Shown: positions 13,601-27,201, counted from the first letter of the stretch. The stretch: 64,000 nucleotides of DNA from Octopus sinensis (GCF_006345805.1 NW_021832865.1:30216-94215), one strand, 5' to 3'. Notes: a model not told the origin generated them from the letters alone. A program made the numbers and translations.

Positions 13601-14572
13601 AGTTGGACCTAAGAGGCATCAGATGTTGTGTGCAAGAGAGACGATTGCGCTGGTATGGTCATGTGGCGAGATTGGATGAAGATAGGTGTGTGAAAAAGTG
13701 CCACACCCTGGCAGTTGAGGGGACCTGTGGAAGAGGTAGACCCAGGAAAACCTGGGTCGAGGTGGTGAAGCACGACCTTCGAACTCTAGGTCTCACCAAG
13801 GAAATGACCAGAGACCGAGACCTATGGAAGTATGCTGTGCGTCAGAAGACCCGGCAAGACCAGTGAGAACAATAAAAATCAAATCATATATCAGAAAGCA
13901 GGGGTTAAGTGACCCATCTGTTCGTGTCCACTGTCAGCCTCGTCTGGCACCCGTGTCGGTGATACGTAAAAGCACCATTCGCTCGTGGCCGTTTGCCAGC
14001 TCTGTCTGGCCCCCGTGTCGGTGGCACGTAAAAGCACCATCCGTTCGTGTTCGTTGCCAGCCTCGCCTGGCCCTGTGCCGGTGACATGTAAAAGCACCGT
14101 CCGTTCGTGGCCGTTTGCCAGCTCTGTCTGGCCCCGTGTCGGTGGCACGTAAAAGCACCATCCGTTCGTGTTCGTTGCCAGCCTCAGCTGGCCCCCGTGC
14201 CGGTGACACGTAAAAGCACCGTCCGTTCATGGCCATTTGCCAGCTCTGTCTGGCCCCGTGTCGGTGGCATGTAAAAGCACCATCCGTTCGTGTCCGTTGC
14301 CAGCATTGCCTGGCCCCGTGCCGGTGACACGTAAAAACACCATCCGTTCGTGGCCGTTCGCCAGCTCTGTCTGGCACCTGTGCAGGTGGCACGTAAAAAA
14401 CACCCACTACACTCGCGGAGTGGTTGGCGTTAGGAAGGGCATCCAGCCGTAGAAACACTGCCAAATCTGACTGGGCCTGATGAAGCCCTCCGGCTTCACA
14501 GACCCCAGTTAAACCGTCCAACCCATGCTAGCATGGAAAACGGACGCTAAATGATGATGATGATGATGATGA
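10627..14572 (+). mobile_element. Near full-length RTE-clade LINE with tandemly amplified 3' UTR and (ATG)n tail
   Basis: APE (VGTLNVGTL, CMQEVRW, GDFNGH, SQIDYIL), RT (NYRGIKLL, FVDMEKAFD, YADD), C4HC3 insert and RGRPRKTW C-terminus. Several 1-bp frameshifts and a TGG>TGA stop at 13369. ~60-bp repeats at 13910-14400. The 5' end is approximate. Confidence 0.93.
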
Positions 14573-14683
14573 TATTACTTTGTCTTCAAATAATTTCCTG
14601 TATTTACCCACTGAACTCCCCAGCTCACCCCTAATCCCTCACCAACGAAATGATTTTATCTTTTTACTTTTTCATAATTTTAG

Positions 14684-16216
14684 TTGTGCTGGACGTTTGT
14701 AGCAGAGATCATATACTGCAAAATGTGGAGTTAGATGTTCAACCGTTCTGGGAACCATGTGAAGAAAATACCATTTCAAGCCAGCAAGTCCATGACTATT
14801 TACTACCTTCCAAGTTCCATCTGACTTTCTTACAGAAACATAAAATCATAGTTAATGACCAATTAATGAGATGGGCTGAAGTAATTTGGAAAGATTCCAA
14901 GTTTAATAAACTGAAATTAAGTTATTCTGAAGGAAATTTGAAGCAAATTGAACAACGTTTGGAAGAGTTATTAAATTCCATTATTGTTGAAATTATTGAT
15001 GTTCCAACCGATATTTTTGAAGAAGTTGCTAGAACATTTAAAAGTGAAGAGGATAAGGTGTATTTTTATTTTGATAACCGAAATTTCCAAGCTAATATTT
15101 TGGGATTTAATAAAAGTAACGTGATTAAAATGAAAAACAGACTTTTGGATACTTTTAGAAGGAAATGTGAGTTTAATTTAAATATTCATGAAAGACGTAT
15201 TCTATCTGGTCACAGATTTTTTGAGCAGGCAGAAAGACAATTTGAAGGTCTACAAGTCAGAATTCATGGTAACAAAGTTGTTTTTGAATGCCAGTATTCC
15301 AAAGTAGCTAATTGTCAAAATAGTATGTATAAAATTCTTCAATCAATGGTTAAATCTGAATTGTGTTTGCCTTAAATACTGGAATGATCATAAATAAAAA
15401 ACCAGTGAAAGAATATCTTGATGACAAACTGAGGAACAAGAATTGTATTGGTTCATGGGAAACGGGTGATGGTGATTCAGTAATACTTATGCAAGTGATA
15501 AAACACATCTTTCACTTTTGGAAATAATTCTGAAACAAACTTTTGTTGCCAATACATTGAATTTTATTGATAAAATTAAGGATACTCCAAATTATGGAAA
15601 GTGGCTGACATTTGTTGAAAAACTAAAAGAAGAGTTTCCAGATTTCCATTTTATTGGAGAAAATTCTATTGTTGCTATTGATGCTGTAGTTAATGCTATA
15701 AAAAACAAAATTGCTAACTTTAAGCAATCTTTAACTTATGAATCTTATATATTGATGCCTCTTGAACATTTCCTCTTTCTTAAGAGTTCAAAGAACAAGA
15801 AATCAATGACTTTGGTGCGAAAAATAAAATTAAGAATGTGTGTCTCAAAGATTATAAGTTACACCTGGAAGGAACACAAGAGCAAATTAAAAAACTGGAA
15901 ACATTTATAGAAAATTTAAGAAAGGATACCAGCTCACAAGAAGTGAAATTAGAAATGTTTAGATTTCGAGAATTTCTGCAGAGTGAAGAAGGAAACACTT
16001 TCTTGTGTGAAATGCAGAAGAAATCTGAGAGTATAATATCTTTAAATTCAGATTTAGGAAGTGAAACAGACGGAATACTAAATTTTGTGTATAAAAACTG
16101 TGAAATAGTGTTGAAGGAAGATGACATCACGACTCTGGACACAGATGCTATTGTTAATGCTGCAAATGGTAAATTGGATCATAAGGGAGGAATTGCGGCA
16201 GCCATTGTGCAGAAAG
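14684..16216 (+). CDS. PARP14/9/15-like macrodomain protein, large internal exon (RRM end, KH-like region, start of macrodomain 1); three apparent -1 frameshifts
   Basis: TTTTAG acceptor at 14683 and G|GTGAGT donor at 16217. Ends EIVLKEDDITTLDTDAIVNAANGKLDHKGGIAAAIVQKG (macrodomain N-terminus). Reading continues through frames 1>3>2>1 near 15372, 15485 and 15790. The RRM/KH assignment is by analogy to PARP14 architecture only. Confidence 0.8.
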
Positions 16217-16254
16217 GTGAGTAATACCATTTTTTATAGTTCATGTTTCTTTTA

Positions 16255-16411
16255 GATCCAAGTGTGGTTGAGAGGCTTGCTTCCTGACCATGTGGTTTCA
16301 AGTTCAATCCTACTCAGCATTTTGGACAAGTGTCTTCTATTATAGGTCAATAGTTGGCCAAAGCCTTGGGAGTGGGTTTCGTTGATAGAAACTGAAAGAA
16401 GCTCATTGTAT

Positions 16412-16463
<52 letters not shown>

Positions 16464-16755
16464 GGGGGGTAACCAGGTGTAAATGAACATCACCATCACA
16501 CATTTTTTACTTATTATATATTGTTCATTCATTTTTATACTTTTTGATATCTAGTTATACGTTTTATAAAAATATATTTGTTATTTATGTTTTGGTTTAT
16601 GTCTATCACTGTTTGAGTTGCATAATATTGTGCCATTTCCAGTCTTCCATGAAAAACATGTCTGACCATGGAAAAATATTCCCTCATTTGGAAACATGTG
16701 GCAATTGGCTACAAGAAGGACATCCAACAATGGACATTAAAATACGGTGGTGGTG
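16255..16755 (+). mobile_element. Degenerate tRNA-derived SINE interrupted by (TA)n
   Basis: Degenerate A/B-box head GTGTGGTTGAG...GTTCAATCC, body similar to 31560-31970, degenerate RTE-type tail. Confidence 0.55.
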
Positions 16756-18919
16756 AATTGTTTATAGATTTGAGACACTTGATCACTGACCAGTCCCCAA
16801 AATCTGGATAATTATAAATGATTGCAGCAATGTTACATTCCATTTAAAGAAACTTATGTCTGATGCAATGCTGATCTCTTCTTCTGTTACACTCCATTCC
16901 ATACCACTTGTGTCTCTCATGCTTCTATGTAGTTGCTCATCCTACTTTCCCCTCTCTTATCTCCTCTCTATCACTCACGTTCATCATTCCTTGCCATGTT
17001 ACTCTTCCTCTTATCTTTATGTCCTTTTTTCCCCTTCATTCTTAAACTCTCCTACCATTATCAACTGCAAATGTTTGCCAAGTCCTGAACTGCCCTTAAC
17101 TACAATTCAAAAAATATTGTCGTTCAGGTTTGGAAAACATCCCCTCCCTCCAAATGTCCCCACCACCTACATGACCTACAAGCCTGTAGCTCTTTCCCTT
17201 CTCGTGTCACTAAACCTGAATTCGCCCTTTGCTCTTCCCTACACTGCCATACATTCCCTTCCTCTCTAGCACCACCATCTTCACTGGTGCTCACGACTGC
17301 TCCTTCCATATCATTGATTCCTTCTCTTGCACCTTCCGTAATCTGATTTACTCCATCCCCTTCACTCTTTGCCATTCCCCATACATTGGACCGACTGGTT
17401 GCTGCCTGTTTGATGAACACCTTCACATCATCAAGCTCTGTAATGACCCCCTGGTCTTGTGCCATTACTGCTTCATTGCTCATTCCCTGCAACATCTGTT
17501 CATGTTCAGACTGGCTTTGTAACAAATGCCACCCAGACTCCTGTCTCCATATAGAACGGGAAATAATTCTCCTTCTCTGTAGTCAAGTCTCTTACAGTCT
17601 AAATTCTGCATCCCTTTTCATTTCAAACCCTCCTTCACCTACAAACCACCCACTACTTACATTCCCAGTGTCCCCTCAACATCTACCCACCCACACACAC
17701 ACCTACTCTACACTGTTGAACTCATTACCCAACACCACATTCAAACAGCATGTACACACATCCACATGCACTCATTCCTTCTCCTCCTCCTTTGCCCACA
17801 CTGGCACCCACCCACCCCTCATGCTACCCATCCTCACGCTTATAACAGCAACTATATCATAACACACCTACACTTCCCAACACCTACCACTTTCCTCACC
17901 CATCTTCCACCAAACACCTCTATCCAGTTTCACACTTAACACATTGAATCGGATGTCTGATAGTTTCATAAATATACACACAAAAATAGAAAGCAGGGGC
18001 GCACACACATACACACACTCACACAAGATATGCACTCAATAGCTTCATATATACACACACACATCTACACATACACGCATAAACACACACTTCTACACAT
18101 AAACTCACAAACACACACACAGTGTACATGCACACAATAGCTATATATATACATCCTCTTGCTTGCACACACAGTTGCATTGCATAAGCCTTATACACAC
18201 ACACATAAACCAAAAGGATGGACTTACATACACACATGCATAGATACTTATACACAGTACTCACACACATGTGTGCTCACATACACGTGTCAAGTTCATA
18301 GTTGTCTCCCTTGTCACTAGCACTTCAAGTCAGCTCTCATAGATGTCTCCCTAGGTTGCCAGAACCACTCACATCTTCAGCAACCTCTTCCTCCTCTCAT
18401 CATTTCAGCTTGTAGTGACACTCTGACACAAGTTTCTCCTCTTCTCTCTCTCTTCTGCTATTCCTTCTGACAAAGAGTAGGCTCAGAATGTTAGACACTT
18501 CCTAATTTCTCTAAGCATAAAGTTGATACACTTCTGCTGTGGAGGTCAGGTCTTCTTGAGCACAGCAAGCCACCAGGTATCTTGGTCCTTTGTCATCTCA
18601 TCCAAAAGGTTCACCATTCTAAAGTTGTTCTTCAGTACTTCGTCCTGTTTTCCTGGGTCTCCCTCTTCCACAAGCCCCATCCACTTTGAATGAACGGCAC
18701 TTCTTCGTGGAGCTGTCAGCATCCCTCCACATCACATGACCAAACCAGCACTGTCTTCTCTCACACACAGCATCTAATTCTTCTTATGCCAAACTTCTCA
18801 ATACACTAACACTCTGTTGCATATATATACATATACACACTTGTGTGTGTATATATAGAAGTAACGTATTATAGAATTAAAATATAATACATATATTGAT
18901 ATAATATATCACAATATCA

Positions 18920-20480
18920 TTATCATCATTGCTTAATGTCCGTTTTCCATGTTGGCATAGGTTGGTCAGTTTGACTGAAAAAGGCAGCAAGTGGGCAGAA
19001 ACGTTAGCACGCGAAATGCGTGATGGTATTTCGTCTGCCATTAAGTTCTGAGTTCAAATTCCGCCGAGGTTGACTTTGCCTTTCATCCTTTCGGGGTCGA
19101 TTAAATAAGTACCAGTTATGCACTGGGGTCGATATAATTGACTTAATCCGTGTGTCTGTCCTTGTTTGTCCTCTCTGTGTCTAGCCCCTTGTGGGCAGTA
19201 AAGAAATAGGTTTGACTGAAAACTGGTAAGCCAGGGGATTGCATCAGCTACCAATCTGATTTGGCAAAGATTCTACGGCTTGATGCCCTTCCTAATGCCA
19301 CCCACTCTGAGAGTGTAGTGGATGTTTTTTACATGCCACTGGCACGGATGCCATTGGCCTGACACTGGCATTGGCCATGACTACAGTCTCACTTGTTTTG
19401 ACAGGTCTGTACAAGCACGGTATCTTACCAAAGGTCTCGGTCACCTGTGACTGCTTCCATGTGACCCAATGCTCAAACGGTGCTTTTTGTGTGCCACTGG
19501 CATCAGCCATGACTATGGTTTGACAGGTCCTCACAAGCTCAGCATATCACCCAACATCTGAAGGGTGCTTTATATGGGCCAGTTATGCTACAATGGCATT
19601 GGCCATTACTCCAATCTCACTTGGCTTGACAGGTCATCTCAAACATCACATATTGTCAAAGATCTTCGTCACTGCCTCTGTCAGGTTCAAAGTATGAAGG
19701 TCATGCTTCACCACCTCATCCCATTTCTTCCTGGATCTACCTCTTCCACATGTTCCCTCCACTGTTAGGGTGTGACACTTCTTCATACAACTGTCCTCAT
19801 CTACATGCATCACATGACCATACCAGTGCAGTCATCCCTCTTGCACACAACATCTGATGCCTCTTATCCCTAACTTTTCTTTCAAGATGCTTACACTCTG
19901 TCAAACATACACACTGACATTGCACATCCAGTGAAGCATACTGGATTCATTTCTTTCAACCCTACATATGTCCTTGGCTCTCACAGCCCATGTTTCACTG
20001 CTATGTAGCGTAGCTGTTCGCACACAGGCATCATACAATCTTACTTTCACCTTTGGTTGCCAGCAGGGTCAGGAGCTCTCTGAATTTTGCCCTGCCATTT
20101 TTATTCTCACTGCTACACTCTCAGAGTATCCACCTCCACTGATGATTTGGTCACATAGATAACAGAAGCTATCTACTACCTCTAGCTTAGACCTCTGGCA
20201 TTTGATGGAGTCTCTTTTCTGTACATTTCTAGTGTTTATCGTACATGTGCCTACTCCACACACACAAACTTTTTTCCCTGTTAATCTTCCTTTGATATTG
20301 CTGCACCTTTTATGTGTCCATAGCTTACACCAGGTACATCTTACGGAGTTGCTACCTATGCCTTTTCTTCAGATTGAGCAGGGATATTTGGAGGGATTTG
20401 TGATTTGTCTGCCTTACTGCTTTCAGTTTTGCCTGGTTAACTCTAAAGCCCTTCAATTCTAGACCTTCTTTCCATACCTA
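18920..20480 (-). mobile_element. 5'-truncated degenerate RTE LINE (C-terminus + 3' UTR) containing a nested SINE
   Basis: KLEVVDSFCYLCDQIISGGG remnant (20069..20263), 3' UTR homology to the other RTE copies, (CAT)n tail at ~18920. Confidence 0.8.
18982..19209 (+). mobile_element. tRNA-derived SINE with 13-bp target-site duplication
   Basis: B-box GAGTTCAAATTCC, central GACTTTGCCTTTCATCCTTTCGGGGTCGATTAAATAAGTACCAG, TSD GTTTGACTGAAAA at 18969-18981 and 19210-19222. Confidence 0.85.
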
Positions 20481-20559
20481 AATATATTAATTTATGATAT
20501 ATATTAACATATTTTAGCATGTATTAAACAGAAACTTAAGAAAACAAATATCTTTGCAG

Positions 20560-20808
20560 GTGGGTTTGAAATTCAAATTGAATCTAACAAAATTATGAAT
20601 CGAAGAAGGAGTGAACTGAAAACTGGAGAAGTAGTGTCAACTAAAGCTGGAAAACTCAAATGCAAGACTATCATTCATGCTGTTGGACCCGTTTGGAATA
20701 ATGGACGAACCCATGAAATTTTTTACCTTTCAAGAGCTGTTCAAAATTGTTTGGCATTCCTTGAAGAAAAGTCTTATACATCAATTGCAATTCCTGCCAT
20801 CAGTACAG
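20560..20808 (+). CDS. Macro-PARP exon: macrodomain 1 middle (GGFEIQ...TKAGKLKCKTIIHAVGP...SIAIPAISTG)
   Basis: TTTGCAG acceptor and G|GTAAGA donor, phase 1/1 matching neighbouring exons. Canonical macrodomain HAVGP and IPAISTG motifs. Confidence 0.93.
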
Positions 20809-22212
20809 GTAAGAATTTACCATTTTTATTCTGTTCAAATTATTTGGTATAGAAATAGTAATTACACTATTTAGTGTATAGCAAGGCAACTATCCTGTCC
20901 TTCTCTCATGCTCTAACCTTTCCCCTGGCACCCATCCACTTCCCTTGGTTTCACTCCCCCTCTCAACTAAAAGCCTTTGTCTTGCAAGTAACTTGGCCAT
21001 CCCACAGGTGCTTTTTACGTGACACCAGCTCCTGTGACGGTGTCACATAAAAAGCACCCAGTGCATTCTCTAAAGTGGTTGGCATTCTGTAAAGGAAGGG
21101 CATCCAGCCATAGAACCTATACCAAAAGAGAAAATTGGTGCCTGGGCAGCTCTCTGGCCTTGAAAACAGATGTGAAATGATGATGATGATGATAATGACT
21201 GGTGTCCGTGTCGGTGAATGCCGCTTGACTGGCGTCCGTGTCCGTGACATGTAAAAGCACAAACTGATCGTGGCCGTTTGCCAGCCTCCTGTAGCTCCTG
21301 TGCTGGTGGCACCTAATAAACACCCACTACACTCACAGAGTGGTTGGCGTTAGGAAGGGCATCCAGCTGTAGAAACACTGCCAAACCAGACTGGAGCATG
21401 GTGCAGCCTCCATGGCTTACCAGACCCCGGTCGAACCGTCCAACCCATGCCAGTATGGAAAACGGACGTTAATGATGATGGGGATGATGATGATATATTA
21501 TTGTAGGAGATGTGGCAGCATGGTTAAAAAGCTGATGTTCCACATGATTTCTGATTCAGTTCCCTGGCAAGTCTTTTATTATAGACATGGGATGGCCAAA
21601 ACCTTCTCAGTGGATTTGGTAGCCAGGAATTGAAAAGAGGCCTGTTGTGGCACAACTGACATTCTACAAGTACACTATTTGTTGTTGTTGTGTGAGTGTG
21701 TGACAGTCCCGGCACCCAAGCAGACAATTCTTGTCTGCCAACACTAACAATATGAGTGCCTTTATGAACCATATGAGAGGTTCTCTCACAGTAAATAACA
21801 TAGCATTTGGTGCTCAAACACAACATCCACATTTAGTTGGATATAAAAATTGCCTGTTGGTATTACTATTGCTTCTGTTGCTGTTAATTACCTTTTTCAT
21901 AGGCTTGCTAGCTATTTGCAAAATCAGTGCCTTAACAGATACTGAAATTCTATACATGGTCAATAGATTTGGCTGTTATGTCTCCACTAGATGTCTTCTA
22001 CTGAAGAGTCCAGGCAGGATGAAATCATGTCATCGTAGCAGATGGTTCTCGTCTGTTAAAAATATAAATATGAGTAATTTTATGCACCCAAGGCCCTGTG
22101 GGAGGTCCTCTTGAGGTAAATAATGCAGTTCTCTCTGTTCTAACATGACCTTTATGTTAAGTTGGATATAAAGATTGCTTTTCATATTAATACTGCTTGA
22201 GTCAACAATAAT

Positions 22213-22247
<35 letters not shown>

Positions 22248-22300
22248 ATACGTACATATATATATTTGTACATATATATATATATATATATCTGTATATA

Positions 22301-22501
22301 CAAACATAGAAGAGATACCTGAAGAATAGGATATCTGACTCGCTAGAAAGAGCAGTTAAAAACACCAAGCCACCAATTGTTGTAATTCCCAAATTATTTT
22401 TCAATCACTTTCGGAATTACAACAATTGGTGGCTTGGAGTTTTTAACTGCTCTTTCTAGCGAGTCAGATATCCTGTTCTTTGGGTATCTCTTTTGTGTTT
22501 G
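22301..22501. repeat. Near-perfect inverted repeat (89-bp arms, 23-nt spacer)
   Basis: 22301-22389 is the reverse complement of 22413-22501 with a few mismatches. Confidence 0.92.
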
Positions 22502-22622
22502 AATGTACACTGTATTCTTCTCTGAATGATATATAGTCTATTGACTAATTTTTTCTCTCTAGTCCATTGGTAACTAAGAATTTTTCGATAAATATTCTTG
22601 TTACCCTAAGTTTTTAAATATA

Positions 22623-22679
<57 letters not shown>

Positions 22680-22921
22680 ATAATATTAGGGAATAAATCC
22701 AAACTTACAGGGAAAAATGGGATTTAGGATTAAATCCAATCTTATTGTATAAATATATTATATTATATTATATTATATTAAATTAAATTAGAGATAAAAC
22801 CACTATTAGGCAAATCAAACAGTGAAAAACATAAGCCAATACATAAAATTAATTTTAAAATATAAAGTTAAAAATAAAAAATTATTTAAATAATTTAAAC
22901 TTATAAATTATATATATATAT

Positions 22922-22967
<46 letters not shown>

Positions 22968-23068
22968 ATTTTTATATTTATATATTATTTTATTTCTTAA
23001 TTAATTAATTAATTAATTTTTTTTATATATCAAAAGTATTAAAAGTTTAATAGAAGATAAAGAGTAAA

Positions 23069-23163
23069 ACACTACGATCGTTTCATGGCTGTACCAATTC
23101 GAATAACAATAATTTAAATTCAATTAATAATTCGAGTTATGGTTACAGTCAATCTTCAGGTTA
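23069..23163 (-). ncRNA. Putative type I hammerhead ribozyme (Penelope-type, palindromic stem III, long stem II)
   Basis: Minus strand: AAC-CTGAAGA-TTGACTGTAACCA..TCGAAT..ATTCGA..TGGTACAGCCAT-GAAA-CGATCG-TA-GT. Stem I is weak. Confidence 0.55.
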
Positions 23164-24469
23164 ATTGAAATATGTTAAAAATAATCAGAAATATTTAAAC
23201 AATATTTTTAAGATATAAATAATATAATAATTTTACTTATAATAAACTCTATTATCAAACTAGAAACTTAAAACTTAACAATTATGATTATATCAAAATC
23301 AATTATAATGTTAAATATTAATTTCAATTTATAAGGTAGGAAACACACCAATAATCTAATATCGGTAATAGTCTATATCTAATTACATAAATATTAAAAA
23401 AAACAAAAAAACTATTATATACAAATTATCAATGAAAATATATAAATGTATATAAATATTATAATTAAGATCTAAAATAATCTCTATAAATAAATATATA
23501 TGTACATATAATAAAAACCTAATAAATTAATTTTTCATATTTAAAGATGAAATAGCTAATTTTAAAAATACAAACAAACAAACTTAAACGAACTTTCAGA
23601 AATCTTATGTAAAATACTTATAGAAATAATCAATTCGTAGTTATATAGTATCGAATAAATACTATAAATATAATTATCAATGGGAATAACTAGCGAATAT
23701 CAATTTTAAAAGACAATAACTAAGTTATGCTATTAAGTTAGACAGGGCCTGGACCAATCTTTAGTCGAAACATATCTAAGTTTATCAAAGTTTATCTAAT
23801 TTTAATTATAAAAAATTTAAAACTACAATTAATACTATTAATACATGTATATACAAAAGCCTAACTTTAGATACCTCCACTTGCAAAGACCTGTTGAAGT
23901 AAGTGAAATCATTGTTGTGGCTGATGACAGAACCGCCTAATTGGTACCTGTGCCGGTGGAACGTTAAAAGCACCATTCGAGTGTGATCGTTGCCAGTGCT
24001 GCCTAACTGCTTCCTGTGCTGCTGGCACGTAAAAAGCACAATTCAAGCATGGTCATTGCCAGCGTCGCCTGACTGGCTCCTGTGCAGTTGGCATGTAAAA
24101 AGCACAACTTGAACATGGTCAATGCCAGTACCGCCTGACTGGCCCTTGTGCCGGTGGCATGTTAATGCATGCACTACACTCTCGGAGTGGCTGGTGTTAG
24201 AAAGGGCATCCAGCTATAGAAACTTTGCCAGATCAGATTGGAGCTTGGTGCCAGCCAACAGTCATACCGTCCAACCCATGCCAGCATGGAAAGCAGACAT
24301 TAAACCTTCATTGCACTGTCCTAACTGGCCCAAACTTCGAAGTCACTGTCAGTAATATTCCTGCCCAAATGTAATGAATTTGTTCTCTACAAAAGGAGAG
24401 AGTAAACTATCCGATTAGTATGAAATTGTTCCTATTATAACTGAACATAGAAGCAAACATTAACTACAT

Positions 24470-25300
24470 ATAAATATCATCATCATCATTTAATGTTCGT
24501 TGTCCATGCTGGCATGGGTTGGATGATTCGACTGGGTTGGCATGCTGGAAGGCTGCACCAGGCTCCAGTCTGATTTGGCATATTTCTCTACAGCTAGATG
24601 CCTTTCCTAATGCCAACCACTCTGAGAGCGTAATAGGTGCTTTTACGTGCCACAGGCACAGGTGCCATTTGTATGATACTGGTATCTGCCATGACTGCAA
24701 TTTTGCTAGGCATAATGGGTCTTCATCTCATAATGCCCAAGGTCTTGGTCATTGCCTCCATGAGGCCCAAGACTCGGAAGGAGCTTGGCCACTTTGCCTC
24801 CATGAGGTCCAGCACTCGAAAGGAACTCAAACATCTCACCTCCGTGAGGCCCAACATTCAAATGGAACTCAGCTTCTTTGCCTCCATCAGATCCAATGCT
24901 TGAAAGGAACTAGTCACTATGCCTCCATGATGCCCAAGGTTTGAAAGGTACTCAGGTATTTTTGCCACTGAGAGGTCTAATGCTCGAAAGGTACTCAGCC
25001 ACTTTGCCTCCATGAGGCCCAACATTCAAAAGATGTTCTTTAGGTGCCACCAGCATAGTTTCACTTGGCTTAATAGGTCCTCTTAAGCAGAACACATCGC
25101 CAAAGGTCTCGGTCACTTGTCTGCCTCTGTGAGGTTCAAAGTTCAAAGGTCATGCTTCACCACCTCATCCCATTTCTTCCTGGGCCTACTGCTATCACAG
25201 GTGCCATCCACAGTTAGAGATCAGCACATCTTTACATAGCTGTCCTCATCCATATGCATCACATGACCATACCAGCATAGGTGTCTCTCTTGAACACCAC
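24470..25300 (-). mobile_element. RTE LINE 3' fragment with internally amplified 3' UTR units
   Basis: (CAT)n tail, reverse complement of RTE C-terminal coding sequence at 25140-25290, ~40-bp repeated units at 24750-25030. Confidence 0.75.
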
Positions 25301-26982
25301 TTCTAACACTTTATACATATGTGTGTGTAATCAAATGATAGTTATAAACAAGGATCACCATCTTACAAGCATTTCTGATCTTCAATGAAAACATGTCTGG
25401 CCATGGGGCAATATTAGCTTCCTTGGTAAGGGCTTGTGATAGGAATGTCAGCTACACATAGAAAATTTGCCTCAACCAATTCCACCTGAAGCATGGAAAA
25501 GGAGACATTAAAGTTATTATTATTATCATTATTATTATTGTTATTTCTATTATTATTATTATTATTATTGTTATTATTATTTAACTGTACAAACAACGAA
25601 GAAAAGAAACGTGTTCAAGAAGAGAGAGAGACAAACTTAGATCTTATTAAATACCGTCGTATATTAATGAGTGTAAAGACCCCCCACCCCCGGTCATGAA
25701 TGGCCATGATATTGCACCTAGAAAGTTCTCCTCTGTCTATTAAAGAATCTTCTTGTAAATGATGGAATTGTGTTGTTTCTTGGTATTGCAGCTGATAAAT
25801 TACTGAAATTATATCATATGTTAATCTATATGTATAAAACAAAGTATGTCTGTGTTTGTAATATGTATGTATTTCTACAGTTTTCAACTGATTTTCACCA
25901 AACTTTACACACACATTACTTATGTGCCATGGATGTTTATGCACTATAACATTTTGTCCAGAGCTCCCACGCAATGTGACAAACTGACCATAAAAAAGTT
26001 CTTTACATGGCTTTTTCTCTAAAAACTGCAGTTTTTAACTGATTCTCTCTCTCTATTAATCTCTTTTCCTTTTTCCCACTTTCACATATACAAATATTCA
26101 TTTCTTTCTTTCTCTCTCTCTATTTCTCACTCTCACTCTATTTCTCACGCTCTCTCTAACTCACTCTCTCTCTATTTCTCACTCCCTCTCTCTCTATTTC
26201 TCACTCACTTTCTCTCTCTTTCTCACTCTCTCTCTCTTTATTTCTCACTCTCTCTTTATTTCTTACTCTCTCTCTCTATTTTTCACTATATCTCTCTATT
26301 TCTCACTCTCTATTTCTCCCTCTCTCTATATTTCTCACTCTCTCACTCTCTATTTCTCCCTCTGTCTCTCTCTCTCTATTTCTCACTCTCTCCCTCTCTA
26401 TTTCTCTCTCTATGAAAATTGGCTTCAGTGTGTTTCAGTTTTGTCGTGCGTATATATATATATATATATATATCGTTGTCTTCATGCTATCTGAATGTTC
26501 TCCCCACAACATTACTTTGCTTATTTTAAGTTTCCTGCACTCTCTCTATTTAAATGCACCATTTACATTTCTCCCTCTATCGGAAACCATTGTGTAATAT
26601 TGTTTCCCTTTCATTCTTTCACTTTTGTGTGTGTGTTTGTGCATTCAATAAGGATGAAAATAGTACAGGACATTTCAAACCTTGACAATGATGATGTCAC
26701 TTATACAAGTGTGTATGTATCTCTGAGTGTATGTGTGTGTGGGTGTACGAGTGTGTGTGTGTCTCTCTGACTGTGTGTGGGTTTTCACACTAGGTACATT
26801 ATTAAACACATGCACATCTACACATATGCATACACATGTGATGACTGATATGCGTGAATGTATGTCTGCATGTGTCTCTCTTATTATATGTATATGTCTG
26901 TTTGTGAGAGTGTATGTGTGCGTATCGTCGCATGTGTATGTGTCTGTGAGTGCGTGTGTGTTTGCGTGCCCACTACCTACAT

Positions 26983-27201
26983 CAGTGCTTTTCAAACTTT
27001 TTGCTGGAGCAGAACCCCAAGGAAACATTCCACTGGCTCGAGGAACCCCTGTGCAATAATTTAATAGTCTTATGCACACATATCTGCACAAGAGACTTAA
27101 AAATTACTGCCAATTTTAGCAGTTTTGTAACTTTTTGCGGAACCCCTGGACTGTACTGGTGGAACCCTAAGGATCCGTGGAACCCTGGTTGAAAACCACT
27201 G
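26983..27201. mobile_element. hAT-type MITE nested in the Helitron
   Basis: TIRs CAGTGCTTTTCAA / TTGAAAACCACTG. 8-bp TSD ACCTACAT at 26975-26982 and 27202-27209. Confidence 0.9.

Noticed and set aside
16850-18300. Several 80-160-aa ORFs in pyrimidine/CA-rich sequence (similarly 59700-60620)
   Set aside because: Low-complexity, probably decayed LINE 5' regions, with no recognisable domain or splice structure.
18467-18494. Hammerhead-like remnant CTGACAAAGAGTAGGCTCAGAATGTTAG
   Set aside because: Both core motifs are mutated. At most a decayed PLE-type motif.
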